DNA of 63,926 nucleotides, filler included, from Octopus bimaculoides (Eukaryota), in assembly GCF_001194135.2 (NCBI RefSeq). It is 6 parts of 5 records of this genome, joined end to end, with 100 filler letters (N's around TTAATTAATTAA, not from the genome) between each part and the next. Parts side by side here need not be neighbours in the genome. Positions count along the whole stretch, not along the records: positions 41,814 to 59,447 come from NC_068996.1; positions 59,548 to 62,156 come from NC_068985.1; 4 more parts are not named here. One strand, written 5' to 3'. Of the stretch, positions 49,361 to 62,256 are shown piece by piece. The position numbers and the translations under genes are program-made. The notes below the pieces were generated by a model. The model ran no database searches. It saw only the letters and a list, made by a program, of their open reading frames with translations, and was not told the origin of the DNA. Every line of letters begins with the position of its first letter. Within the stretch, counting starts at the first letter, position 1.

Positions 49361-51920
49361 AATGAAAAGAATTGAAAGAATGATGTAGAGAAAACTGCGG
49401 GGAGTGAAAGTGGAGGCACATAGAGAGGAGGGAAGGGCGAGAGGAGTAAAAGAGAGAGACAAGGAGAGAGATAGAGGAGAAGAAAAGGCAAGACAAGAGA
49501 AAAGAAGAAAAAAAGAGAGATGTGGTGTGAAAAGACTGCAATGACTACGAAGCAGACGGATTTAAATGTGAAAGGGGTCCGGTTAGGGTTAAGGTCAATG
49601 TTACAAACAGGGTTAGAGGAGAGAGAGGGTGGTATTCAAAGTGATCAGAAACAGGAAAACGGTAAGTAAAAGGAACAGGAGTAAGAAGAAGCAACTAAAA
49701 ATATTTTATTTGAAACGAAAAATTGAATTAAAAAATAATTCTTGAAATTCTTAAGCTATAGAGGAGGTGATATAGCATATATTGGGGAACAGTGTGATGT
49801 TTGTGAATTGTGAGATTAACTTTGGTGGGAAAAACTAAAGATTAGACTAAAAAATGGAAGAAATGCCTTTCCCTTTCCGTAGACTTCAAATAAAGAAACA
49901 CGCGGGTCAACCACCATAAGTTCTTTACATTTCTCACTGCCTCACGCAACTGATGATAAATTTCTTTTTCACACAGAGTTCTCGATTCTGGGCGGTGTTT
50001 TCTGCTTGTTTTTGCTTATTTAAAATTTAGGTGGCTTCCATATATGCATTAATGCCGAGCGATTCCTTCGTCAATCCAATGAACAGATGATTTCTACGAA
50101 GAATACAATAGCCCTTGCTCTTAGTAAGTTTACAGCGCTTAAACGATGCCAAACGAACAATTAGCCTAATTTCAATCAGTATCAATCCGGAGAACTTTTA
50201 CCCGAGTAAGGCTGCCAGGATGAGGGCCGTTTCGACTTCAGAAAAAGATAAATCTGCTGTCCCATTTTTTCTTGAACACACTGCACTCCATCAAGTTTGT
50301 TACTGATAGGATATTGTTACCAAACATGATAATAAAGCTGAAATTTTGTGGTTTGGTGTACAAACGTCTACGAAGAGGAACCGCCTCAGCTGTTTAGTAA
50401 ATGAAAATTCTGCCAGAAATTATCCAACGAACGTAACTTCCTCAGCTGAAAATTCATCTCCACCATCTCGATCATCCACCATTTACGTCTTCCTTATACT
50501 TACAAACCCCAAAATCCCGACTCTCCCATCATATCTGCTTTCAGTTTTCCTCCTTAGTTCAAATCGCTCTAAACTAATGACAACTCTGGGTCCTGCCTTC
50601 TATGCTACACCAAGACATGAACTTTGCTTCCAGCTATTGTTTTTCCACCTGTGAATTTATTCTGAAATTCAGGATCCATTTTCTCATTCATGCCCTATAA
50701 GGATGGCCTCTCCGTCCTAAATCTTTCCTTTGGCTACTCCACCTCATTCAAAACCAGTACCATTACACTTCTTCGCTTCTTTAACTACTTGCTACCAATA
50801 AGCTGTTATTCGTTCTCCCATGGTTTCTACTTACATTTTACTAAATTAGCGATGAGAACCAGAATGAACCGCAACAACACCAACTTATATGCATGTTGGT
50901 GTCATTAAGAGTCGAATTTCTCACTGTTTCCTGAAGCGATTCTGGGTATGTACAGGTAGTACTTGGCTGACTGTATGCGTGACAACACATTCACAAGAAG
51001 GAAACTTACTTTTTATTAACTCTTTTCTTCGACATCCACTCTGCACCGAAATTCCACTTTCTTCAGTCTCCAAAACATCCATGAAATTTCAAGAGATTTC
51101 TCTCTCTCTATCAATGCCGTCTATTATGAACGCTGTCCGGGGGTCGAACAAACAGTAACAGTTTGTGTGTCTCATTTCGTTTCGCAAATCTCAAACTTTT
51201 TATTACATTCTCATTTTCATTCGTCCTTCCGTTTTTATTCTCAACGTGTTACTGTTACTATTGCAAATTGAAGTTTATTCGAGCGAATATCTACTTTAAT
51301 AGGTATCAGTTCTTGTCATGATGTATTTACTTTATTATATTGTTCCTTAGGCACAAATGAGCCGTTATGGAACAGAACTATAATCAAATACATTCAAGCC
51401 ATGACCATTCCTTATTCTGTCACTCTTCTTTTCTCTTTTCTTTTCTTTTTTTTATACAGTGACTTGCATTATCTAAAAGTGCATCCTTTCTTTCTGAAGA
51501 CAATAGGGTCTAATTTAGGGAAAATTTATTTGCTATTTATAGCAGGTCAACTGTTTCGCCATGTAGGAGGATCCCTTATTGTGTTTGGTACTGTCAGCTC
51601 CAGTTTCGAAATTAAAGCAAACTGCTGGCGGTATGACATCATAGTCTTGGCTGCCAGAGCCTGAACAAACTAATAAATTAAAGAACTCTTTCGGAATCTT
51701 ACTTGACGGATTGAAATCTTAGTATTTTGATAATGCATTTAAGACAGCTAATTCTATTCGTTTGCAAGCGAATGCGTTACAGATAAGATAGAGAGCGTGA
51801 CTTAAGCGAAAAATGGTTTGACGTGACTGTTCGACTTGCTAGAAATATCAGTCAAATATACCTCACATCATATTTATTAAAAGAAACAACAACACATTAG
51901 ATGAATGGTTACACTAAGAA

Positions 51921-52305
51921 GTGGAGGTGCAATGGCCGAGTGCTTAGGGCAGCGGACTCGCGGTCATAGGATCGCGGTTTCGATTCCCAAACCGGGCGTT
52001 GTGAGTGTTTATTGAGCGAAAACACCTAAAGCTCCACGTGGCTCCGGCAGGGGATGGTAGCGAACCCTGCTGTACTCTTTCACCACTTTCTCTCACTCTT
52101 TCTTCCTGTTTCTGTTGTGCCTGTAATTCAAAGGGTCAGCCTTGTCACACTGTGTCACGCTGAATATCCCCGAGAACTACGTTAAGGGTACACGTGTCTG
52201 TGGAGCGCTCAGCCACTTGCACGTTAATTTCACGAGCAGGCTGTTCCGTTGATCGGATCTACTGGAACCCTCGACGTCGTAAGCGACGGAGTGCTAACTA
52301 ATTAA
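51921..52305 (+). mobile_element. Full-length tRNA-derived SINE (family C, tRNA-Arg-like head) with 10-bp TSD
   Basis: GGAGGTGCAATGGCCGAGTG A-box and GGTTTCGATTCCC B-box. ACACTAAGAA at 51911-51920 and 52306-52315. Confidence 0.88.
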
Positions 52306-53089
52306 ACACTAAGAAAAAGACAAGTTGGTTACGGCTGAAATGCGTAAGGTCACACATCTATTGCATCTCGGCAATAGACTGAATTGATTAAACAACAACA
52401 ACAACAACAGCAACGACAAGTTCTTATCGTGACTGTAGCAGTTGATCTTCCAATGATACCAAAAAAGTTATGTTTCCATTCGGTATTTCGTTTCCAAATT
52501 GCTAACACTGTTTGTTAGTCAGGTCATAATTCTCAACAGAAGTGTCGCTGTTTTTCGATAAGGAAGTGGGTTTGAAGTTAAAATGCCCAGAAAATAGAAC
52601 AAATACAGCAAGGCATCTCGTCCCATGCTCTAATAATTGCACCTATCCGAAGCCCTGGGTTGATACTATTTAACAACACTGTTAGGATGATAGACAAAGT
52701 TGACTTCGACGGGATTTGAACTCAGAGTGTAGATTGTTGAAACAAATGTCGTGAGGAATTACTAACTAGATTTATTCGGCAACTATTACCTCAGGGCTGG
52801 TGGAAAGTGAGTTATGAGTAAAATACAACGTCAAACTTATGTGTTTTGAATCTCGTTCTCAAAAGATTACGATGGATATTTCGATAACCTGGGTGGAACA
52901 TCGAACCGACAGGTTTCTTTGTTATAAGGTCTCGTTCAAATAGAACTGTGGTTCTCGTAGGGAGTTCATATGACTGTTGGGATCCAAACAATATTTCACT
53001 GTTAAAGTTTATATGCAGTAAATTGGTTATACTTCTACAAACACAAAATATTTTAACAATTTTTTAATACAATTCCTAAAAATATTTAA

Positions 53090-53435
53090 AAGATAAAGTC
53101 CCCCTTCGATCATAAATAACCATGGGATTGCACCTAGAAAGTTCCCTTCCGAGACACATGTTCAGGAGAGGTTGTTTATGGAAGACCAGCAGTCACCCAT
53201 GCATACCGGCCTCCCCTCTCCATGACACCGTTGTTATCCAAGGGAAAGGCAAAGGAGCCGATACATCTTGGCACCTGTGATGTCACAACTCATTTCTACA
53301 GCTGAGTGAACTGGAGAAACGTGAAATAAAGTGTCTTGCTTAAGAACAAAATACACAGCCAGATCCGGGAATCGAACTCACTACCTCATGATTGTGAGCC
53401 CAACGCTCTAACCACCGAGCCATGCACCTTCACAA
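53090..53435 (-). mobile_element. tRNA-derived SINE (family D)
   Basis: Minus-strand head GTGAAGGTGCATGGCTCGGTGGTTAGAGCGTTGGGCTCACAATC...GAGTTCGATTCCCGG, followed by CAAGACACTTTATTTCACGTT.CTCCAGTTCACTCAGCTG. Confidence 0.85.
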
Positions 53436-53926
53436 TAATATTTAATTATGAAAACATATGATAGGATTTTTTTAGACATCGAATAGCTATGAGATTTCAT
53501 TCTGCTAAAATTGAAATCAAAGGGTCAATAGGTTAAAAAAAACGGTTGAGAACCATTGAAATAGAGAAACTGTACATGAGAATCGCTATGATGATGTGCA
53601 AATTCACTTGTGATATGGCTTCTGCTTTTCTGTGTCCACAGTTCAAAATTCTCGTGCCACCTTTACCTGTCAACTGTTCGGCAATAGATAAAAACGAAAA
53701 ACGAAAAAAGTTGCGAGGCGATGGATTGGCGGCGTTGTGATTTGCATCGTATGAGTTACCATTGCTAAGCGACCATTATGATAGTTCCAAAATATATATT
53801 CACCTACACCATATGGCGAAAGTACAAAGTATGAAGTCCTGGTCGTATGCTTTGTGAATGGCGACGAAGCTACACGTAATGATATAATAAGTATATATAT
53901 GCCTGTATGTGTGTACGTGTGAATAA

Positions 53927-53985
<59 letters not shown>

Positions 53986-54909
53986 GGGGCACAAGAGAGC
54001 GGATTTTCTTGAAGCCGAGAGTTTGAACTTACGGAGGTAATATTTACATATTGCCCAAGGAAACACAAATAGATCTCATAATGCAGAGAAACGGTTGCAT
54101 AATCAAGTACCTGCACGCCTGAAGAAGTACGTTGCGTGGAAACAATTGTGATGGTAGGGTCGGGACAAGGCGATATCATATCTCCTCCATTATTTCAGTA
54201 TTACGTGTCAAAAGTGAAACAATAACATCACTCTACTGTAATGTCACATACTTTCACTTTAATACTTTCAATTTCATACTGAAACTATTCAAGTGAGACT
54301 ATACTCTCACATATATACAGGCATGCTATAAGACTCAAGTTAAAACATTCTCAACAATTCAACTTCTCTGGTTGACATTAACACACCCACCCCCAATAGG
54401 GGCCTTAATTCCTACATTTTAGAGCTCCATGAGCTCCATTTTTCAGGAGCAAAATCCTTTTTACAGGTTCCAGNNNNNNNNNNNNNNNNNNNNNNNNNNN
54501 NNNNNNNNNNNNNNNNNNNNNNNNNNNNNNNNNNNNNNNNNNNNNNNNNNNNNNNNNNNNNNNNNNNNNNNNNNNNNNNNNNNNNNNNNNNNNNNNNNNN
54601 NNNNNNNNNNNNNNNNNNNNNNNNNNNNNNNNNNNNNNNNNNNNNNNNNNNNNNNNNNNNNNNNNNNNNNNNNNNNNNNNNNNNNNNNNNNNNNNNNNNN
54701 NNNNNNNNNNNNNNNNNNNNNNNNNNNNNNNNNNNNNNNNNNNNNNNNNNNNNNNNNNNNNNNNNNNNNNNNNNNNNNNNNNNNNNNNNNNNNNNNNNNN
54801 NNNNNNNNNNNNNNNNNNNNNNNNNNNNNNNNNNNNNNNNNNNNNNNNNNNNNNNNNNNNNNNNNNNNNNNNNNNNNNNNNNNNNNNNNNNNNNNNNNNN
54901 NNNNNNNNN

Positions 54910-54949
<40 letters not shown>

Positions 54950-55819
54950 ATGTATGTATGTATGTATGTATGTATGTATGTATGTATGTATGTATGTATA
55001 TCAGTCATTAAACTATTTACTACGACAGCCTGTATTAACTGCAAGGAAAAGAACAGTAAGCGGTCAACTGACATCGATTTTCATAATTTGCGGAGCAATT
55101 TTAACAAAATTCTTTCACTGATGTCTCAGCAGATACTGAATAATATTATTTATAATTCTACCAACGTTGCGGTGTCCGTCACCAAGAAAGGCTCAGCAGC
55201 ATTTCTCACTGACCTTTGGAAATACACTCGCACTGATACCTACTAAACATACAAAACAGCACAAAGAGAGATCAAGACCCTGTGTGAGACAGAGAGAGAA
55301 ACAGTGATTATATGTATGTCTGTAATATTACATCTGTCGACAAGTATGTATGCGTGTGCATGAGTCTGTCTATCTAACTATCTAACTATCTATCTATCTG
55401 TCTATCTATCTATCTATCTATCTATCTNNNNNNNNNNNNNNNNNNNNNNNNNNNNNNNNNNNNNNNNNNNNNNNNNNNNNNNNNNNNNNNNNNNNNNNNN
55501 NNNNNNNNNNNNNNNNNNNNNNNNNNNCAGTTGTATTTGTCCCCTCTGTGTGCAGCCCTGTGTGGCTAATAAAAGAATGATATCTATCTATCATCTCTCT
55601 CTATATACACACACACACACACATACATACACACACATACACACACGCACACACACACACACATACACACACACAAGTAGCGACCGTAGCGCAGTAGAAT
55701 TTTCCGTGGCATAACAGATAATGCTGCAGATGACATAAATGAAAAAAGAAAAAAAGAAAAAAAGACAAAATACTGAGCCATGCACATCCACATAGAAGAC
55801 AACCACAAATAATAGTCCT

Positions 55820-56646
55820 AGGATGGCCAACATTACCGTGAAACCAGCAATAACAACAATTCTACTGATGAATATCAGAGGCTTCGTACAAATCAACGGC
55901 AAACGCAAAAATGCTCGCCTACCTCCGGAATCGTACTACATTCAGTCAAGCAACATGTATTGCACTTATGAAGATACATCTGTTTGAAAACATAAATGAA
56001 TCCGAAGATACATAACAATATATGTTGTATTGCGTGCAGTCTGAAAAGAAAGAAGTCACGGTGAAGTTGCGTTGTGCATCCGTGAAGATTTGTGGTACTC
56101 TCATAGTGCCTTTAAAGCACGTTGATGTGGTAATTTGCACATTATATTGTCCACTCAATCAATGACTAAGATCACGATGATAAATTTGAGGAAAGCCTTA
56201 CAATGATGAAAGAAGTACTTAGAAAACTAGATAAATGCGCAGGAGTGGCGGTGTGGTAAGAAGCTTGCTTACCAACCACATAGTTCCAGGTTCACTCCCA
56301 CTGTGTGACACCTTGAGAAAGTGTCTTCAACTACAGCCTCGGGCTGACCAAAGCCTCGTGAGTGAATTTGGTAGACGGAAACTGAGAGAAGCCCGTCGTA
56401 TATATATATATATNNNNNNNNNNNNNNNNNNNNNNNNNNNNNNNNNNNNNNNNNNNNNNNNNNNNNNNNNNNNNNNNNNNNNNNNNNNNNNNNNNNNNNN
56501 NNNNNNNNNNNNNNNNNNNNNNNNNNNNNNNNNNNNNNNNNNNNNNNNNNNNNNNNNNNNNNNNNNNNNNNNNNNNNNNNNNNNNNNNNNNNNNNNNNNN
56601 NNNNATGCATTGAAGATACTTTATTGCAGCAACAATTATAACAACA

Positions 56647-56684
<38 letters not shown>

Positions 56685-57105
56685 CATCAAAATAAGCAAC
56701 GAGGATATCCAGAGGAAATGCAATACGATCGTTTCATGCAACTCCATTTAATTGAACAATGTAATCATTACATCAATTTAGAATGCAGACCAATCCTCAG
56801 CTGCACAAAGACATAGAATTTAATTAAATTAGAACAGATGGACATATTAGTATGATTATACCTAAAATCTCCAAGAAGTTAAGGATATAGACAAAGAACA
56901 TGTTGCCTCTACTACAACATAGGAGTTAATATATATATATAATAGTCTAAGTTTCAAAGCCCCACAGCTCTTCAATGCCCTGCCACAAACAATTAAAAAT
57001 CTGCATAGCGTGGAAGTAGATGTTTTAAAAAAGGAAGTAGACATTTTCCTCTCCACAATACCAGATGAGCCAACAGCCCGTCATGGGGTGCAGATATACA
57101 TACAT
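55820..57105 (+). mobile_element. CR1/L2-group LINE remnant (APE endonuclease start and 3' end), interrupted by a SINE and a gap
   Basis: LLMNIRG..CIAL..IHL..RSHGEVAL.IREDL..LYCP (endonuclease) and NSLSFKAPQLFNALP.TIKNLHSVEVDVLKKEVDIFLSTIPDEP (3' end). Confidence 0.78.
56237..56413 (+). mobile_element. SINE family A 5' half, inserted in the CR1-like LINE
   Basis: GCGCAGGAGTGGCGGTGTGGTAAGAAGCTTGCTTACCAACCAC...GAGAAGCCCGTCGTATATAT. Confidence 0.9.
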
Positions 57106-58494
57106 ACATACATACATACATTGACACATACACATACATACACACATGCATTTGTCTGTGTCTTCAAAGTTGCTAAGTTCTGTATCATAATATGTTGGGA
57201 ACTCCAAAAATATGTTTCGAGTGTGCCTGTGTGTTTGGGTGCGTATCTATAGAAGGATGGATATGTATGTATGTAATTATGCATGCATGTATGTATGTAT
57301 GTAATTGTGTATGATTTTATGTATGTAGTGAGGTAGGTAGTAGGTAGGTAGGTAGGTAGGTAGGTAGGTAGGTAGGTTGGTAGGTAGGTAGGTATGTAAG
57401 TGGCAGAGCCATAAGATCCTATTATAATACCATAACGTTTATTATTTGCGTGCTGGAATTATAGGAACTTTTCAAGAAAATTATCGAAATTTTAAATTAA
57501 CCTAGATGTTTCATAGGTGCACGGTGGAAGGCAATTAAGTCTTGATTAGTCAGAAAAAGAACCTCTCTAAGCGTAAGCAATTCCGTGTTTTAACCACTTA
57601 GAGTCAGTGCACTTACCAATTATGACCCTGGATTCATCATTCTGATGCCACATTAGTCTGCTCTAGTAGGAGATGAAGAGATTTTGTCGTTTTGCCACGT
57701 ATGGCCAAAACATATCACCGAAGCTGGCTGTATTGAATTAGCGGACAAGGCACGAATGCTTGCCCAGACATACACCCATCACAACACACATGTAAATTTT
57801 CACACGAACTCGTGCGCGCACGCAAACGCACAGACATACACACACATGTGCACAGATACAGACACTCACACACACACACACAAGCATACATACATACATG
57901 CTACACTCGCACACACACACACACATACACACACACACATACATACATATACATATGCACATATTCACGCGCATTATGTGACAAATGTGGAAATCCACTC
58001 GCTCATAAACACGCACACTGGCTGACAGACGGAAACAGAAGCTCACAGAGACAAACACACGCACACATAAACACATACATATGCACATAAGCACAATTGC
58101 ATACAAAGGGACACACACGCAGAGTACAGATAGACGCTTACTTTCTCAGTATTGTGCATATCCGAATCAAACTTACACAAATGCTTGTGTAGCTTCGCAT
58201 ACACATAAAGATGCACACTTCACTTGCATACGCATTTACACGCAAATGTCAGAATATTCACCACTGCGTGTGCATATACGCATATGCCCGCATGTATGTA
58301 CGCGTGTAATTGGACATATGCGCATACACAAACACACAGTCAGTTATTCACTCGCACACATACACGCGCATGTATATGAGAAGGCATGAAAATCTACCCC
58401 CCCCCCCNNNNNNNNNNNNNNNNNNNNNNNNNNNNNNNNNNNNNNNNNNNNNNNNNNNNNNNNNNNNNNNNNNNNNNNNNNNNNNNNNNNNNAC

Positions 58495-58533
<39 letters not shown>

Positions 58534-58939
58534 AAACACACAAACAAACAAACACACATACACACAAACACACGCCCGCTCACCAAAAGCTGTAAGAACG
58601 GCAAGGGAAGGCGGGAAAACCAGAAACATGGTTGTTAAGCTGATTTGAAGTGAGTTTGGATGGCGAATGCATTCTAAAACGAGGATTACCACGAAATTAT
58701 TCCGAGAATCTGTTAGGATTAGATCACCAGATGTATGATAAAAAAGATTGTAGGCAGATCGCTTCGCACAAAAGTCAAGCACCGACCCACACACCCACAA
58801 ACACATTTAGACATCCACCCTCCGGCAAACGGCTATACTCTCACTCACAGTCGCACCTCTCCTTCATTACTTTGTATTTCTCTCTTTTCTACTTACTGTC
58901 TGTCTCTCTCTCTCTCTCTCACTATCACTCTCATTTCAC

Positions 58940-58970
<31 letters not shown>

Positions 58971-59129
58971 TTTATACCCCCCTTCTATCTCAGTCTTTCT
59001 GTCTCCCTCGTTCTCTACCGTCTCCTTCACCACTTAATGTAACGTAATCTTTGCCTAATAGGCGTTGGTGGCCAGTTATGGGTTCAGAGCTGGGTAGCGG
59101 TTTCTGAATCGAGGTGCAAATATTAAAAG

Positions 59130-59184
59130 ATGATGTTGATGACGATAATCGTGTTGATAATAATGATGATAACAATGAAGTTAG

Positions 59185-59225
<41 letters not shown>

Positions 59226-59243
59226 TTGATGATGATGATGATA

Positions 59244-59277
<34 letters not shown>

Positions 59278-59346
59278 CGACGACGACGACGACGATGACG
59301 ATGACGATTATGACGGTGATGATAATGATTATGATGATGATGCTGG

Positions 59347-59379
<33 letters not shown>

Positions 59380-59447
59380 CGACGACGACGATGACGATGA
59401 CGATTATGACGGTGATGATAATGATTATGATCATGAGGATGGTTATG
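59130..59447. repeat. Compound (GAT)n/(GAC)n trinucleotide tract
   Basis: Direct inspection; runs to the scaffold end. Confidence 0.9.
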
Positions 59448-59547
59448 NNNNNNNNNNNNNNNNNNNNNNNNNNNNNNNNNNNNNNNNNNNNTTAATTAAT
59501 TAANNNNNNNNNNNNNNNNNNNNNNNNNNNNNNNNNNNNNNNNNNNN
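59448..59547. other. Artificial scaffold-joining spacer
   Basis: 44 N + TTAATTAATTAA (59492-59503) + 44 N. Confidence 0.95.
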
Positions 59548-60354
59548 GTTTAAAGAGAATTTGTGGAAAACGAACTCCGTTCGAAAGCTTCTGGCATTAC
59601 AAAAAAGCTAGAAGTTAGTCCAAAAACATGTGTTACATATCCGCATAAGCTTGGGTATTATGGACGAGCAGCTAGAAGAAATCATCTCCTTCAACCAATT
59701 AATATCATGAAAAGAAAGTAATGAGCTAAGGAGATGTCAGAAAAATCCAGTTCGTTTTGAGATAGAGTGATTTTCTCAGATGAATCCAGATTTGCATTAT
59801 TTTCAAACAGTGGACGTGTTTGGGTCTGGAGGCTTCCCAATCAAGAATTTGATTTGAAACGACTCCAACCAATTGTGAAACATGGCGGTACCTCTATAAT
59901 GGTATGGGTAGCTGTCACCAGCAATGGTCGTTCTGAGCTGATCGAATGAGTTGGAACCATAAACTCTGAAAGATAAATCGAAATACTTAGGCAAGGACTA
60001 CTTCCGATGTATTCACACGATAACATAACGAAAAATGAGTTTTTATTCATGGAAGATGGGACTCCATGCCACACAGCGAAAATGAATCCACAATGGCTAA
60101 CTGAAGATGGGAACAAAAAGATCCCTTGGCGGAGCCAATCTCCTGACATGAACCCAACTGAAAATCTTTGAAGCATACTAAAAAGAACAATACGAAAAAC
60201 TCGACAGAAACCTAAATCTAAAGATGAATTGTTTCGATTGTTTCTTGAAAATTGGGCAGAAATTCCACAAGAGATAATCACAAAGTTCATCAGTTCCATG
60301 CCAAAAAGAGTTTCTGAAATAAAAGCTTCAAAGGGAATGTCAACTAAATACTAA
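59548..60354 (+). pseudogene. Tc1-family DD34E transposase pseudogene (5' end cut by the scaffold start)
   Basis: IFSDESRF..GRVWVWR..LQPIVKHGGTSIMVW, FMEDGTPCHTAK, WRSQSPDMNPTENL, SMPKRV..KASKGMSTKY*; in-frame stops present. Confidence 0.93.
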
Positions 60355-60430
60355 AGTATGTAGTCCTACTTATCGATTACATTTCAACTGTTCGCTTTAC
60401 GCATTAAATAAACGAGTTTGAAAATTAAAG

Positions 60431-60712
60431 GTGGCTATTTTCTTCCTACATAAAACTCGTTTCTGTAGTCACATTTCGTTTCTCAGTCCCTGCCTGCATC
60501 ACCGTTTCACCCCTAAAGGTTTCCGCCTCCACTTCCACCCCACTCTCCACTCTGCTACAACCATCCCACCCATACTCCGTACTACAACCTACCGCCTCAT
60601 GCGTGCACCCATTCGCTCTAATCTCTCCAAAATACACACCATCGACCGTCTTCTCCTTGCTTTTTCCATCTTCTTCTCCTCTAAGTCGGCCTCCCATGCA
60701 AACACCACGTAA
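60431..60712 (+). mobile_element. Penelope-like element ORF, N-terminal fragment
   Basis: KTRFCSHISFLSPCL..RFTPKGFRLHFHP..ILRTTTYRLMRA resembles recalled PLE N-termini (SH..FL..CL....PKGF.L). Confidence 0.55.
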
Positions 60713-61869
60713 CGTTACATAATTCATTTAAATCATCTTTCATCAATTTCTCGCTCACACCGAACGGCGTAAACTCCGTTCACTCCTCCATTCCATCACA
60801 CTCGATGCCACTACCCCAGCTCATCCACTACCCCTCTCCTTCCTTGATACGCTCCCTCCACCCTCACCCAATCCCGTCCTTCTAACCCTCCACATACCCC
60901 ATCCTCTTCCTCCCAAGTTTCCACCNNNNNNNNNNNNNNNNNNNNNNNNNNNNNNNNNNNNNNNNNNNNNNNNNNNNNNNNNNNNNNNNNNNNNNNNNNN
61001 NNNNNNNNNNNNNNNNNNNNNNNNNNNNNNNNNNNNNNNNNNNNNNNNNNNNNNNNNNNNNNNNNNNNNNNNNNNNNNNNNNNNNNNNNNNNNNNNNNNN
61101 NNNNNNNNNNNNNNNNNNNNNNNNNNNNNNNNNNNNNNNNNNNNNNNNNNNNNNNNNNNNNNNNNNNNNNNNNNNNNNNNNNNNNNNNNNNNNNNNNNNN
61201 NNNNNNNNNNNNNNNNNNNNNNNNNNNNNNNNNNNNNNNNNNNNNNNNNNNNNNNNNNNNNNNNNNNNNNNNNNNNNNNNNNNNNNNNNNNNNNNNNNNN
61301 NNNNNNNNNNNNNNNNNNNNNNNNNNNNNNNNNNNNNNNNNNNNNNNNNNNNNNNNNNNNNNNNNNNNNNNNNNNNNNNNNNNNNNNNNNNNNNNNNNNN
61401 NNNNNNNNNNNNNNNNNNNNNNNNNNNNNNNNNNNNNNNNNNNNNNNNNNNNNNNNNNNNNNNNNGCTTCCCCCACCTCCCAACACCATCACATGACACC
61501 ACATCACTACACCATACACCACCATACCACACAACACCACATCACATCACACCACCACGCACACACTAGCACTGACCACTTTCCAGCCCCACAACCACAC
61601 ACCTACACATACACAGACGCACACGTCAAAGTCACCAGCCCTCTTCCACACGCACATGCTCTCTTATACCGCCGCACGCGCACCTTCTTTCTGGGGTCAC
61701 CACCACTTCATTATCCCCCTTTCTGCGTGGCTCTCCTCTGTGACCCCTCTGTCCGGCATTCGCCATGATAAATCACTAGCCACTACACATTCATTTTTTT
61801 CTTCTCTCCTTTGCGTGTTCCTCNNNNNNNNNNCCCACCACCCCTCCTACTTTTTTCCCATCCACCCCT

Positions 61870-62055
61870 TCTTCACTTCAGTCTATTGTTACCATTCCTC
61901 CAGATCTTCTCCTCTCTGAGGTGAAGCGCTCCATCCTCAGTATGGCTCTGCGCTTCATCCCACTCACTCCATCCAGCAACGAATTTCGAACTCGTGCCGA
62001 TATTCACAGCTTTGTGTGCCGTGTTAGGTTGTGTGCGCTTTTTCGCGACACTCCA
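61870..62055 (+). mobile_element. Penelope-like element ORF fragment (pre-RT region)
   Basis: VTIPPDLPLSEVKRSILSMALRFIPL..NEFRTRADIHSFVCRVRL matches the PLE motif LS..E.S.LSKGL.F.P...F.RR.RL. Confidence 0.7.
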
Positions 62056-62156
62056 CATGTATCTAATGCATACCTTACACCCTCTCCCACATACCCCACC
62101 TCTACCCCCACCCTCAGCTTACTCATATACTCCACCTCTACCCCACCCTCAGCCTA

Positions 62157-62256
62157 NNNNNNNNNNNNNNNNNNNNNNNNNNNNNNNNNNNNNNNNNNNN
62201 TTAATTAATTAANNNNNNNNNNNNNNNNNNNNNNNNNNNNNNNNNNNNNNNNNNNN
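62157..62256. other. Artificial scaffold-joining spacer
   Basis: 44 N + TTAATTAATTAA (62201-62212) + 44 N. Confidence 0.95.

Noticed and set aside
48630-50900. Several non-repetitive, balanced-composition stretches that could be exons or old TEs
   Set aside because: All frames are interrupted by stops and no family motif was recognised.
51550-54190. Possible minus-strand exons (54037-54190 ending at a GTAAGT donor; 51550-51662 after a TTTGTTCAG acceptor)
   Set aside because: Splice-like signals are frequent in AT-rich DNA. The translations are unrecognised apart from a faint pogo-like resemblance, so no gene can be supported.
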